Positions 23,293 through 36,430 of a stretch of DNA of 64,000 nt are shown in pieces; the first letter of the stretch is position 1; each line of letters opens with the position of its first letter. This DNA is from Laetmonice hystrix (Eukaryota): the NCBI GenBank assembly GCA_965235115.1, contig OZ249438.1, forward strand, positions 43,524,001-43,588,000, written 5' to 3'. A program made the position numbers and the translations under genes. The notes under the pieces are model-generated. The model was not told the DNA's origin. It did not search any database and saw only the letters and a program-made list of their open reading frames with translations.

Positions 23293-23636
23293 TCGGGTGT
23301 CCCAGAAAAAGTGAACCGCTTTTTGACAAGTATTTTCTCAGTGATAGGTAAACCGAATTCATTGAAAATTTTCACACAGTAACCTTAGGGTATCATAAAC
23401 AAGTCTGCAAAATATCTAAAAGATCTGACAGAACTTATGCGAGTATTGTCAAATTCAAAACAGCATGTCAAAAAATCCAATATCAAAGGAAAACCCTTAT
23501 TTCAGTTTATGCTCAATGTGGCCTCCATCGTCCTTCACGATTAAAGGAAGCCGTTTCTTGCAAACAGATAATTCGGTTTATCTATCACTGAGAAAATACT
23601 TGTCAAAAAGCGGTTCACTTTTTCTGGGACACCCGA
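23293..23636. mobile_element. Tc1/mariner-like MITE in the PDZ-gene intron
   Basis: 67-bp TIR (23293-23359 / 23570-23636), one mismatch, TA on both flanks. Confidence 0.88.
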
Positions 23637-24699
23637 TATATTCCACACGAACTGTACATATATGTTACTCCTGGCACATAAACAAAGAGGATGACTTGCT
23701 TGTATTTAAGATTATATTATTATGTCGCATAGCAGGCTTCATGAACGGAATCAGGAAATTGAGGCATATGTGCAAGGAGTAACAAATTGAAAATAATTTA
23801 GGTATCTCTTTACCTCAGTATCTCCCAAATAAATAAGTTTTAAATAAATATATCAACTCGGTTCATTGTCCTATTGTGCCTAAAGTTTGTCAGAGTAAAG
23901 TAGTCTTGTTTGTAACCCGCCTTGGGGTAAGTATGAGGGACTACAAACTCTAACTTCTTTGCTCCCCATATTGTTGTGAAGGAGGTAATGGAAAACCAAC
24001 GGAAATTTGAAAAGAGGATCACTAATCAAGAAAGGGATTTAAAATTTTATCCAATCAATGAAAGCACGTGGGTACAGTACTTTACAACTTCTTTGAAAAT
24101 TAATTATCTTGTTCCCTAGGTTTAGGAATCGTGGAGGATTGAAACTGCTTAGGTTTTATGAAATGAAAGGATTTCAAACAAAGCAGCTTACTTTGCTCTG
24201 ACGGCTGCAAATGATATTAGACCTGCTGGAAATTGGTTTGGACGAGATTACTTAGTCCACTCCGCCGTAATTCACATATGATTACACCAATGGGCGTTTC
24301 ACAATGAATGTTTGAAATTTAGCGAAATAGGATTTTAAGGTTGAATTCTCGTGTTACGCGAGGAACTAGCTGAGGATTTGAGTGAGGTTGGTGCAATGCC
24401 GGTTGGGTTTGGCCGTAATGAAGTGTTTTGGATGACCTTATATTGACGACTAGCCCAGCCTGTGTCACTTTAATGTCAGCGCGTGTCAACGTATGTGGAC
24501 CGCCCCAAGTTGTAACAGAGGGGGACAGTAGGTTGACCAACTGTCTGACAAACCTTTCACACATAATCCGTTTGTGGGATATACCAGTGTATAATATCTA
24601 TACAATTCTTGTGTAGAGAGATGTGCAATAAGATAGTAATTTAAAGAAACATCAAACTCACTTTTTTTTCAAAAAATATTAGTTACTAGCTATTTCCAT

Positions 24700-24867
24700 T
24701 TAAGGCCAGATTTGGGGTTTTACGCTTGCATTCGGGAAGGAACTAACTGAAAAACCTTTCAGACATGCTTCCCTGGCCGGGGATCGAACGCGGACCGCAG
24801 TGGTGTGAGGCCATGGTGCTGGGTGTCATGAGTAAAAACCTTAGACCGCTCGGCCACCTCTCCCCCC
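24700..24867 (-). mobile_element. tRNA-derived SINE (5' portion)
   Basis: Minus strand: A box tggccgagcgg (24846-24856), B box gttcgatccc (24780-24789), followed by a non-tRNA body; no acceptor stem closure. Confidence 0.75.
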
Positions 24868-26808
24868 TATCAGCTGGTGGTCCTTCCAACACAGGCCTAG
24901 CTGTCATCCCGGACTGGCTGACTGTGCCACTATCAGCTGGTGGTCCTTCCAACACAGACCTAGCTGTCATCTCGGACTAGCTGACTGTGCCACTATCAGC
25001 TGGTGGTCCTTCCAACACAGACCTAGCTGTCATCTCGGACTAGCTGACTGTGCCACTATCAGCTGGTGGTCCTTCCAACACAGGCCTAGCTGTCATCCCG
25101 GACTAGCTGACTGTGCCACTATCAGCTGGTGGTCCTTCCAACACAGGCCTAGCTGTCATCCCGGACTGGCTGACTGTGCCACTATCAGCTGGCGGTCCTT
25201 CCAACACAGGCCTAGCTGTCATCCCGGACTGGCTGACTGTGCCACTATCAGCTGGTCGTCCTTCCAACACAGGCCTAGCTTTCATCCCGGACTAGCTGAC
25301 TGTGCCACTATAAGCTCTCGCTGGTGGTCCTTCCAACACAGGCCTAGCTGTCATCCCGGACTAGCTGACTGTGCCACTATCAGCTGGTGGTCCTTCCAAC
25401 ACAGGCCTAGCTGTCATCCCGGACTAGCTGACTGTGCCACTATCAGCTGGTGGTCCTTCCAACACAGGCCTAGCTGTCATCCCGGACTAGCTGACTGTGC
25501 CACTATCAGCTGGCGGTCCTTCCAACACAGGCCTAGCTGTCATCCCGGACTGGCTGACTGTGCCACTATCAGCTGGTGGTCCTTCCAACACAGGCCTAGC
25601 TGTCATCCCGGACTAGCTGACTGTGCCACTATCAGCTGGTGGTCCTTCCAACACAGGCCTAGCTGTCATCCCGGACTAGCTGACTGTGCCACTATCAGCT
25701 GGTGGTCCTTCCAACACAGGCCTAGCTGTCATCCCGGACTAGCTGACTGTGCCACTATCAGCTGGTGGTCCTGCCAACACAGGCCTAGCTGTCATCCCGG
25801 ACTAGCTGACTGTGCCACTATCAGCTGGTGGTCCTTCCAACACAGGCCTAGCTGTCATCCCGGACTAGCTGACTGTGCCACTATCAGCTGGTGGTCCTGC
25901 CAACACAGGCCTAGCTGTCATCCCGGACTAGCTGACTGTGCCACTATCAGCTGGTGGTCCTTCCAACACAGGCCTAGCTGTCATCCCGGACTGGCTGACT
26001 GTGCCACTATCAGCTGGTGGTCCTTCCAACACAGGCCTAGCTGTCATCCCGGACTAGCTGACTGTGCCACTATCAGCTGGTGGTCCTTCCAACACAGGCC
26101 TAGCTGTCATCCCGGACTAGCTGACTGTGCCACTATCAGCTGGTGGTCCTTCCAACACAGGCCTAGCTGTCATCCCGGACTAGCTGACTGTGCCACTATC
26201 AGCTGGTGGTCCTTCCAACACAGGCCTAGCTGTCATCCCGGACTAGCTGACTGTGCCATTATCAGCTGGTGGTCCTTCCAACACAGGCCTAGCTGTCATC
26301 CCGGACTAGCTGACTGTGCCTCTATCAGCTGGTGGTCCTTCCAACACAGGCCTAGCTGTCATCCCGGACTGGCTGACTGTGCCTCTATCAGCTGGTGGTC
26401 CTTCCAACACAGGCCTAGCTGTCATCCCGGACTGGCTGACTGTGCCACTATCAGCTGGTGGTCCTTCCAACACAGGCCTAGCTGTCATCCCGGACTAGCT
26501 GACTGTGCCACTATCAGCTGGTGGTCCTTCCAACACAGGCCTAGCTGTCATCCCGGACTAGCTGACTGTGCCACTATCAGCTGGTGGTCCTTCCAACACA
26601 GGCCTAGCTGTCATCCCGGACTAGCTGACTGTGCCACTATCAGCTGGTGGTCCTTCCAACACAGGCCTAGCTGTCATCCCGGACTAGCTGACTGTGCCAC
26701 TATCAGCTGGCGGTCCTTCCAACACAGGCCTAGCTGTCATCCCGGACTAGCTGACTGTGCCACTATCAGCTGGTGGTCCTTCCAACACAGGCCTAGCTAT
26801 CATCCCGG
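24867..26808. repeat. 63-bp minisatellite, ~31 highly homogeneous copies
   Basis: Unit ctatcagctggtggtccttccaacacaggcctagctgtcatcccggactagctgactgtgcca. Confidence 0.95.
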
Positions 26809-27280
26809 TTGAAGACCAACCAACAGATGGGTTATACATGGCGCTGATATTATAGTGTAATATACTGGCGGTATTCTGAGGCAGGAGAGGCCATTCAGTG
26901 ACGCCTACAATGTTAACAGAGCTCTGATTGTGAATCTAGTTCTGAGTATTCAGAGGTGCACGCACAGTTGTATTTGTAAGGGCAGGAGTAAGGGATGTAT
27001 TGAACTACAGCCGGTGTAGAATAGGTTGGGTTATCTTGGAAACGATGCCACTTAGTAGCAGTATCCCAGGTCTTTTGGTACGGCTGAATACATCCCAGGT
27101 CCTATGGCTGAGCCGTCATTTTGCCACTTTGTCATCGGTTTAGAAAGCGCGCCCTCTTGTGGTGACATTTTACATTAAATGCCATTTAGGCAAACCCGTC
27201 TTATAGATTTTAATCTTTTTTTGGTTACTAAGATTTTTTTGAGAGCATTTAGTAAACATGACATCATTCTATAGAAGCTG

Positions 27281-27700
27281 CCCGGTTTGTGAAACGGGTG
27301 CCTATCCGGGGCCCCCTACACGGCCCGGTTTGTGAAACTGGCGCTTATCCGGGGGCCCCTACACGACTCGGTTTGTGAAACTGACGCCTGTCCAGGGCCC
27401 ACTACACGGCTCGGTTTGTGAAACTGACGCTTATCCAGGGCCCCCTACACGACTCGGTTTGTGAAACTGGCGCCTGTCCAGGGCCCACTACACGGCTCGG
27501 TTTGTGAAAGTGACGCTTGTCGAGGGCCCACTACACGGCTCGGTTTGTGAAACTGGCGCCTATCCGGGGCTCACTGGCGCCTGTCCGGGGCCCACTGGCG
27601 CCTATCCAGGGCCCCCTGGCGACTGTCCGGGGCCCACTGGCGCCTGTCCGGGGCCCACTGGCGCCTATCCAGGGCCCACTGGCGCCTGTCCAGGGCTCAC
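27281..27700. repeat. GC-rich ~43-bp then ~21-bp compound minisatellite
   Basis: cggtttgtgaaactggcgcctgtccagggcccactaca units collapse into actggcgcctgtccggggccc units. Confidence 0.85.
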
Positions 27701-30452
27701 GACACGATCCTGTTTGTGACACTGGCGCCATGTGTTTCTCAGTTTGCCGCCGACCCCGGAACCTAAGATTGCATCATTTAAACCCAGAGGGCATCTAACC
27801 AGACTCCATCACCTCCTAAAACTAGCAGAGGAGTGGCCATGTAACCATGGCAACCGCCAGCGTTTGTAGTGTCGTCAAGAGCTCAGTGATAAGAGAGGCG
27901 ACTGATAAACCGGTCACAGTAGAGGGAGGAGGTAGAACTCCGGGAATGGAGAACTCCGGGAATGGAGTTGACACTTTCTTTCATCTCGACATGACGGATG
28001 CTGAGGTCGTATTAATGTCCCCATGAACTGATTGGATTCATCATAATTTCCGGGACTCTCAGACCATGGCGTAAGTGACACGTATTAATCAATACTGGTA
28101 CTAGAATTTGAAAAACAATTTTAAATCAAAAGTAACTAGAAGTAGGCCTACTATTATATAGAGCTGAGGATAGCATGTCGACATGGCGAGTGTCCACCGT
28201 CCCGATCTTCGTCCCATGTCCCATCCGATAACTTTTTTAAATCTATCAGACCTCCTCAAAAACTTGTCCTGATCCCTGGCGCTGCGCCTAACTCTAGTCG
28301 CTACCTGCAAACTCGAGGCGAACTTACCGTAGGCAGTAACCCATAAAAGGGAAATGCTGACATGCTTTGCTTCGGGTGCTATTCAATTTTGTGTGTTTTT
28401 TAGTTTCTTTCGGTGGGCGGAAGGGGGCTATGATTTCCGCTGAAAAGGGGTGAAAAGGGAGGAGGGAAATATGTGTCAGGAAAGGATTAGTGGCATCTAG
28501 TTTACGTGCTGTCGAGTGGAATGAACGCCAGGGGGAGCTGAGTTTACCTCCAGGGCGTTTACCGTTATAATACATGTATCCCTATTCAGTGGTTGGTTCC
28601 CGAATGGCATTTATCCAGAGTATCTAATCACAGTGGAAGAAAGCCTAGCTGTCGACCTTCTAGAACGTACCAGGCCACACCATTTGTCCACGCCATCATT
28701 TCAAGAGGGTAAAATCAGATGGGAAGCTTATTTCGGAAATAGTCTGTTTCCTCAATTTCTGTGGTTCTCTTTGAAATTAGAGATTGGGTGCATTTAAATA
28801 GCTTTCATCATTTAAATAGCTTTCATCGAGAGAAATAAGACAATCGTTGTAAAAAGCCTCACTTCCGGTCGAGACTGGGTGAACTCCTAATGGACAGTAA
28901 TGGTATTGATTCGAAGCCCTTTGTAGCAGGTTTCTGATTCAACATATGACGATCCGGAATTTATTTTTCTCTTTGTCCGAGAATTGTGTGGTCCAACACT
29001 GTTAGACAGTTCGGAAATCCTTTGTGTTACTAAAGCTTCACATGTATACGACAGTGTGTTTTGTGGTGTGGTCGTGGGGTTCCTTCCTGGGCCAGGTGTT
29101 CCTAGATGCCCTTAAAGAAAATATCTCACGAATTTCAAGTCATACGTGGCGTTTCACAAAAATATGTCTACATTGCGGTTCTCTGATAGACCATGATCCA
29201 AAGCTCTCCGACCTTTCTATGTGGACTTTGTGGGTATTATGTCAAACAAATTCTAAAACTCGCCAAATCTTATTTCAGTAACGCAAAATGACCTACTTGG
29301 CTTCCGAGATCCCCGGAGTTGTTTTTCATATTCCTACGCACACGGCTACGCAAATTATGTCAGTATTTGCAATATAGATGTTGGAATATTGTCAGCATTA
29401 TTCTCGGGAAAATCACGGATATTTGTTCACGAATTCTGGAACTACATTCGTTGCGGACTGTTACTGAAGGTGTGCTCTACACCACAACAACACAACGTTC
29501 AAACGATTCTCGACGTGCCAAAATAGCGGCATTCATCGTGTTTACCTGCATTCGCGCTATAGTTTTTGTCATTTTTCCAGGGATAATTTCAAAGCTGTAT
29601 ACTCATATATGATGTGTTAACATTTCTTAACAAAAAAACAACAAATAATCTCCTATCGACGCAGTATACATAAAAACCCGTTTATTGCTCGGCCTCAGCA
29701 TTTTAGAAAAAAAACAGCCACGAGCATTAAAACCAAAGTCAAAATAGTTCAGAAAAATAACTAATGTCATTAACAGAGCGACCTGCTGAATGGTCTGGCG
29801 ACATTCATCGAGTTTTCACTTTGGGTCATGTCAATATCGTAACTTGTCGACATCTATAACTTCACTTTAAATGTCAAAGTGTAATAAAAATAGTGTTTGT
29901 AGTGATATAATCGAGTGGTCGGCAGTGGCTCGGAAAGTTTCCGACATCGTAACAAGTGGGACATTTAGTCATTACCGGTAATCACAATTTATTACAGCCT
30001 AGCAGAGGGCGGGGGGGGGGGGGGCAACGTTTTTAGACGACCTTAGGGGAGTATCTTTAGCAGGGCATGAGGTGTACAATTCATAGCAGGGGGTGTACAT
30101 GTAGATCTATGTTGTGTTCTGCCGGTAGGGTCAGTTTTCAAATTTCCAAAGTGTTACATTTCCCTCGAAATACGAGTCCCTCGTCGTTTTTAACCAAAAT
30201 GGCGACAGTAGGCGCAAAGTAAAATGTTACAAGGTCAGATCGGAGATAGAAAGATTATTGATACTAGGAGGAGGTTGGTATGGCTGGCTCACAGAATAGG
30301 TAGATATGTAGGGTACTCTGTGGCTGGCTCAGGACATTGCTGCCAGTACTTCCGAGAGCTGTGTATGATGGGACAATCGGGAACCGTCTTTAAGAAAAAT
30401 CGGGTCGCTCCACGATCTGAAGTCATTAAAAGTGAAGAGGTTTATGACTGTC

Positions 30453-30900
30453 AGTAGTAGCTCTGCTGTCAGTGCCACCAGTAGCCAGCAGAAGTAGGGG
30501 AGTAGTTGTAGGAGCCACTGCTGTCAGTGCCACCAATAGCCAGCAGAAGTAGGGGAGTAGTTGCAGGAGCCACTGCTGCCAGCGCCACCAATAGCCAGCA
30601 GAACTAGGGGAGTAGTTGCAGCAGCCACTGCTGTCAGTGCCACCAATAGCCAGCAGAAGTAGGGGAGTAGTTGTAGGAGCCACTGCTGTCAGTGCCACCA
30701 GTAGCCAGCAGAAGTAGGGGAGTAGTTGCAGGAGCCACTGCTGTCAGTGCCACCAGTAGCCAGCAGAAGTAGGGGAGTAGTTGTAGGAGCCACTGCTGTC
30801 AATGCCACCAGTAGCCAGCAGAAGTAGGGGAGTAGTTGTAGCGGCCACTGCTGTCCGTGCCACCAGTAGCCAGCAGAAGTAGGGGAGTAGTTGCAGGAGC
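30453..30900. repeat. 55-bp minisatellite, ~8 copies
   Basis: Unit cagtgccaccagtagccagcagaagtaggggagtagttgtaggagccactgctgt. Confidence 0.93.
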
Positions 30901-31049
30901 CGTAGTAGCCAACCCTGAAAGGCACTGATCAGTACGTGCATGTTCCATCATTGCCTAATTGCTTGTGAATCCTGCCTGATGACGGCAATGGAAAAATGGC
31001 TGCTAAAAATGGACAAGGCACCAGAGTGACGCTCTCTGGCCGTCTTTAG

Positions 31050-31600
31050 AGTTGTGCCAATAGCAGCCCGCTTCATTGGAAGTGTGTGTCAAATTGGTAG
31101 TTCTATTGGAGATGTAATTTGTGCTGTTCTATATGTCCATGTTGAGAATCCTGTGTGATATATTGCCTGCCGAGTGTTTAAGAGCATGTGCACATAGAAG
31201 TATGTTTTCTGGCGTTCTAGTTGTGTTTAATGAGGTGGTGACGAAATATGATGAAAGAGCTTGTAAATAGACAGGGGGAAATGAAGGATGTGTGGAAGCG
31301 AGCCAAGGGAAGGTAATAACGGACAAAATGGAGATGTTGGATCTGCCGAACAGATACATGTTTTAATTAAAACATAAGGAGATTATTGTAGGAGGGGTTC
31401 TTCCTTTCTTTCTTGCTATCTTTCTTTCTTCCTTTCTTCTTTTAAATTCGAATGTACTTGAACATGATTTTCTTGTCAGGAAAGTGTAAGAAACTTTGAA
31501 AAAGTTGCAGTGTTTAATCTCTGTGGTTTGATATTTTAAGAGGCATCAAACAACAATAGACATGTCAAGTTTTCTTTCAAGCACGTACATCCACAGGAGA
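31050..31600 (-). mobile_element. Decayed L2/CR1-group LINE ORF2 3' fragment
   Basis: Minus-strand PVYLQALSSYFVTTSLNTTRTPENILL resembles the PxYL...YNTR...L tail of L2/CR1 ORF2; upstream YCC-like remnant. Confidence 0.4.
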
Positions 31601-31612
31601 AGAGCGTTAACG

Positions 31613-31913
31613 TGTGACAAGTCTTAGACAGTTAATTCAGACCAAGTCCATAATCTGGACTTGTGACAAGTCTTAGACAGTTAATTCAGTCCAAGTCCAT
31701 AATCTGGACTTGTGACAAGTCTTAGACAGTTAATTCAGACCAAGTCCATAATCCAGACTTGTGACAAGTCTTAGACAGTTAATTCAGACCAAGTCCATAA
31801 TCTGGACTTGTGACAAGTCTTAGACAGTTAATTCAGACCAAGTCCATATTCCGGACTTGTGACAAGTCTTAGACAGTTAATTCAGACCAAGTCAATAATC
31901 CAGACTTGTGACA
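31613..31913. repeat. 49-bp minisatellite, 6 copies
   Basis: Unit gtgacaagtcttagacagttaattcagaccaagtccataatctggactt, with an internal 7-bp stem aagtcca/tggactt. Confidence 0.92.
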
Positions 31914-32198
31914 GGAGATGTCTTCTGATAATTAGGCGTCCGTATTGCGGATATTCCCGCAATCATTTTCTGTGGACAGCAAGGCCTGATTCAGACAGAA
32001 CACGTCAGTAGGCATCAGATCGGACTGCTAACATCTCTATTTGTGGACCAGGGAGGTGGTTGGGATATCACTAATACTGGGGGTTGGCGCCACAGAGCAA
32101 GACGGTAGCTAATTAAAACATGAGTCTGGATCTGAAATAACGACAGTGCAGAGAGATGTTGTCAAGTCTTTGACATTAATCAGGGACTCCACTGGAAC

Positions 32199-32615
32199 AG
32201 TGTTCGCTTCTCGCAGGATCTTGCCGATGGCAGCAAGCAGCACCAGTGTTCGCTCCTCGCAGGATCCTGCCGATGGCAGCAAGCAGCACCAGTGTTCGCT
32301 CCTCGCAGGATCCTGCCGATGGCAGCAAGCAGCACCAGTGTTCGCTCCTCGCAGGATCCTGCTAATGGCAGCAAGCAGCACCAGTGTTCGCTCCTCGCAG
32401 GATCCTGCCGATGTCAGCAAGCAGGACCAGTGTTAGCTCCTCGCAGGATCCTGCCGATGGCAGCAAGCAGCACCAGTGTTCGCTCCTCGCAGGATCCTGC
32501 TAATGGCAGCAAGCAGCACCAGTGTTCGCTCCTCGCAGGATCCTGCCGATGTCAGCAAGCAGGACCAGTGTTAGCTCCTCGCAGGATCCTGCCGATGTCA
32601 GCAAGCAAGCAGCAC
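32199..32615. repeat. 46-bp minisatellite, ~9 copies
   Basis: Unit gcaggatcctgccgatggcagcaagcagcaccagtgttcgctcctc. Confidence 0.93.
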
Positions 32616-33209
32616 CAGATAAAGGCTGCTTTGTGATACATTGCAATCTGGCATAGCTTTTATCTACCAGAATTTGAAGTAGAAAAAGAAAACCTGAAAG
32701 TTTAGCCTTAAATCAAGGACATTCACACAGCCAAGTAAACACCGTTGGTGAGAGTGACATGATTTCCTTTTAATTTTCCACCTTGATAAGCACGAGGTGT
32801 TTTTTTAAAGGATGAACTGAAGCGAGATAAAGCCACGAGAGACGCCCCATGAACAACATTACTGGACACATCAAGAAACCAATAAATAGTTTTGACAGAC
32901 TTTGGATTGTCAGTTGATATTGAAGTCTATTCTCCGGTTTTCTTCCTCCGTATCTAATTCGCAAGTCTCTACAACTGCTATGTATCTGAGCTTATTTGCT
33001 CGCTCCGGTCGGACACGTGGCACAACAAGTAACACGTGGCACTTTCACGAGGCTGTGGTGAGTTCAGAAACACGTACCAATACAAAACGTCACGCAATGT
33101 TAGCAAATTTTACAGGCTTCAGGCCGAACGTAAAGTTAACGTTTTTAACGTTATGTGGTGGTGAACGTACCCCCAAGTCCTACTGAAGGACATTGTCAGT
33201 GCGGCTTGG

Positions 33210-33460
33210 CGAGCTTCACTAACGAGCCAGATTGGTGGCAATCATCGCCACTGGGATTCCATATTGGCATTCACTCGGGTCCATATTGGCATTCAGCATG
33301 AACAATGGCAGTGCAGAACATGGCTTCAATGATGAATGGAGTTTTATCAGATCTTCCTCATACCATATCCTTACGTGCAGCCATGAACATGGAGCATGTC
33401 TGTCATAGAGGGTAGAACCGAGCGATCCATTACTTCCTGACCCATATCTTGTGGGCACCA
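33210..33460 (-). mobile_element. Possible decayed PIF/Harbinger transposase N-terminal fragment
   Basis: Minus strand IWVRK*WIAR ... EED ... MDP across frameshifts, resembling the WVRxWIxR...ED...RMxP start of Harbinger transposases. Confidence 0.3.
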
Positions 33461-35881
33461 CGCCACCGGGTCTATATTACCATCGGTAGGCGCGAAATAT
33501 TAATAATAATTACATCTAATAAAGTTAGACCTCGATTGTACTAAATATATAAGTAAGTTAGACCTCGATTATACTAAATATATAAGTAAGTTAGACCTGG
33601 ATTATCAGAACACTAAAATATGTTGGGAAGGTGATTTATAGAATAAGTTACTGGGAAATGGTTTAACGATATTAAATCAGCACGGATGTAGATCTCCTGT
33701 TCTTTTGCACATTTCATGAAGCTGTGAGAAGTTGCCCTCTGCAGACACGCTAATCTTAGACATAGACGAGGGAATATGCAAATTGTGCTGATCAAATGTA
33801 CGTGATTGACCTTGTAAAACACGAAGATAAGACGAGTTTGTTTGATATTAATAGACTGGGGGTGAAGGGGTATGAAGACATTATCAATAACCCCCTCCAC
33901 CCATACGAATATTAGTCTAACTGTCTTACAGTGGCCGCAAGCGGGGCAGAAACAGAATAGATCTATCAGACTATAATTATTTTGGTGCGAATTTTACTTG
34001 CAAAAAGGGTTAACTGAAAATAGAAATGAAAACAATTACATAATAGCAAACATTTCCAGCTTCATGCATGCATGAAGCCCCAATCCCATCGCCCACCGCC
34101 GCACACACCTCCCAGCCAACATTTCGCTACCCTCCACTCGTGCAAACCTGATGGTGAGGATTTACTTTGGATCAATATGGTTTGCGGTGAACGTGGGCTG
34201 TTGGCTTTGTGTTGGTTCCTTCCAACTGACCCTCTTGCATCTCATGCATTACGAGGTCTTCATCTGGTGAATTATCGTCAGCCCGTCCCAATGATCGCCA
34301 GTACATAGGCCGGCTGAATTCCTTTGGTACTGACATGCCCACGGGACAAATTGAATGGAAGCGCCGCTGTAGATGCATGCTAGCTACTAATGTGTCTTGC
34401 CCTGGCTGACATGCACTCTTGTCTTAAGAAGAAAATTTAATTTCTTGATTTATTGATCCCTGGCACAGTTGGATAAAAGAGATTCTTTCCTTAGCTGTAA
34501 GGGACTTCCCAATGCCAGCAGCATATTTTGGTCTCAGCCATTAGAGTTTTGTGATTTCTAAAAAGGAAAGAGAACTCTTAGGAATCATTCAGCCGGCAAT
34601 GATCGCGTGAAGCGAAGACGTCCATGCCTGCTGGGTAGCGTCTCTTGCCGTCTGAAAAGTTTCTTTGAATATGAATTCTTTTATGGAAACACATGCATTT
34701 GCGTAATTTTGCGTCCCCTCAGATGAGAAAGCTATGTGTAATTCACCATTTCCAAGTAGCACGGTACACATGGAGGATAGACACTCTATGTGGGACAGGC
34801 TGGCGACACAAAGCCAAATCGCTCATTCCGATTCGAGGCCAGTCGACCTTGAGGACGTAAGGTCGTATCCAGTCGACCTTGGGGACGTAAGGTCGTATCC
34901 TGTCGTCATCCGTCTTATTCAACCGGTCTCAAAAGTCGCCATCAGCAAGGAACGCTGGGAGCAGCGTCCTTGGTCGTGCCCCACAGTCGGATTTGTGAAA
35001 ATCCAAACGTGATTATATCCAGAGGCAATCCCATTTTGTGATTACAAGGCACACCCTGAACCGAGCACTGTTCAATCAGGAAACAATTAACGTGGTCTCC
35101 TCTCCATAATTGCTCACTTTCAGTAAACTAAATTGAACTGTGCTAGATTTGATTGGAATAATCTCTTTAGTCATAGTTTAGTGTTATAAGAAAATAAACA
35201 ATTATCTTGTTAAAAAGGGCCTCTTACAAAACACGACGTCAAGCCGCATTCGCTTGTTTCGAAGAGAAAAATGATTTGTATTTTTTGCTGGCGTAATGTG
35301 TCAGCCTTGGGTTTGGTAAATGATGCAAAGTTGACGGCCCTTGGAAAAGTAACCAGAGTAATTGCCGAGTATTGACTTGCTTCCTTTACCGCAAGAGATT
35401 ATTTGAATTTCCTTCAGGCAATTAAAAGCCACACAATGGCAGTTCTCCATTTCCATTGACGAAAAACGGTTGCTTCATAAGTTTGGCGAGATTATGAAAA
35501 TTCATTGCCTTTCGGAGAGGCCGATGGGTACACATTGGTTATTTATAAAGGTATGCTACGATTGGTTTAGAGAAAATGATGACCACATCGAATGGCTAGT
35601 AACAACATCAATGTTCAGTCCTTTTTTGCTGTATCTTGTGTCTGACTACATGCAATCCTCTCCACCATGATCTGTCAGCATTTGGCCAAATCCGCACAGA
35701 ACGTGATTTTCATTGATGAGCATGTTATGGGAAATGAACATGGCGCAGAAGAGAATCCGCAGAGGTCATGGAAGGTCATTGAAGAATATCGCAAGGTCAT
35801 GGTGCGGTGTAGGATTGATCTGAACTGAATGAAACTCAAGGCTCTACAGTTTATATTACCAACTTATCGGTGGAGCTTCTA

Positions 35882-36072
35882 GAGCCCTCTCTATAAACGT
35901 AACATTTCGGATCAGGCACGAGCCCTCTCTATAAACGTAACATTTCGGATCAGACAGGAGCCCTCTCTATAAACGTAACATTTCGGATCAGACAGGAGCC
36001 CTCTATATAAACGTAACATTTCGGATCAGACAGGAGCCCTCTCTATAAACGTAGCATTTCGGATCAGGCAGG
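35882..36072. repeat. 38-bp minisatellite, 5 copies
   Basis: Unit gagccctctctataaacgtaacatttcggatcagacag. Confidence 0.9.
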
Positions 36073-36194
36073 ACCCGTTTATCAGATTGAGGGGCCTGGT
36101 TTGCAGTTCCCCGTGAGATATGGTGCGTGGCAGCAGTTGTGTTCGCTCCGGCTGAGCTTCACTGGAACGGCTGGATGAAATAAAGGGGCTGTCA

Positions 36195-36430
36195 CCTAGC
36201 AGACTGATTCCCTGCCGTCACTGTCACGACGTATCACTAGTCGTCCTCGCGAGTAGCAACATCTCCAATAGTGCTGTAACAAAAATACTGATAGCAACTT
36301 CTGCAGTCCAGTCCAATTTCTTACATCAGACAGCTCTTCTTGGAGGAGATTAAGTAAGGGAGCGACCGGTGCAGATGAGAAAACATGACGGATTGCAGCA
36401 AGTTCTGGCAGACCGCAATCCCAGATAGTG
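36195..36430 (-). mobile_element. Possible decayed LINE (L2/Rex-group) RT fragment followed by a (GA)n tract
   Basis: YLGL, then KLLSVF and YSTI across frameshifts, cf. YLG...LLxxFYxSxIES. Confidence 0.3.

Noticed and set aside
24770-24867. tRNA gene
   Set aside because: A and B boxes are present but spacing is extended and there is no cloverleaf or terminator; better explained as a SINE head.
20590-26808. CRISPR-like appearance of regular 34- and 63-bp repeats
   Set aside because: Repeats are contiguous with no unique spacers, there are no cas genes, and the context is eukaryotic.
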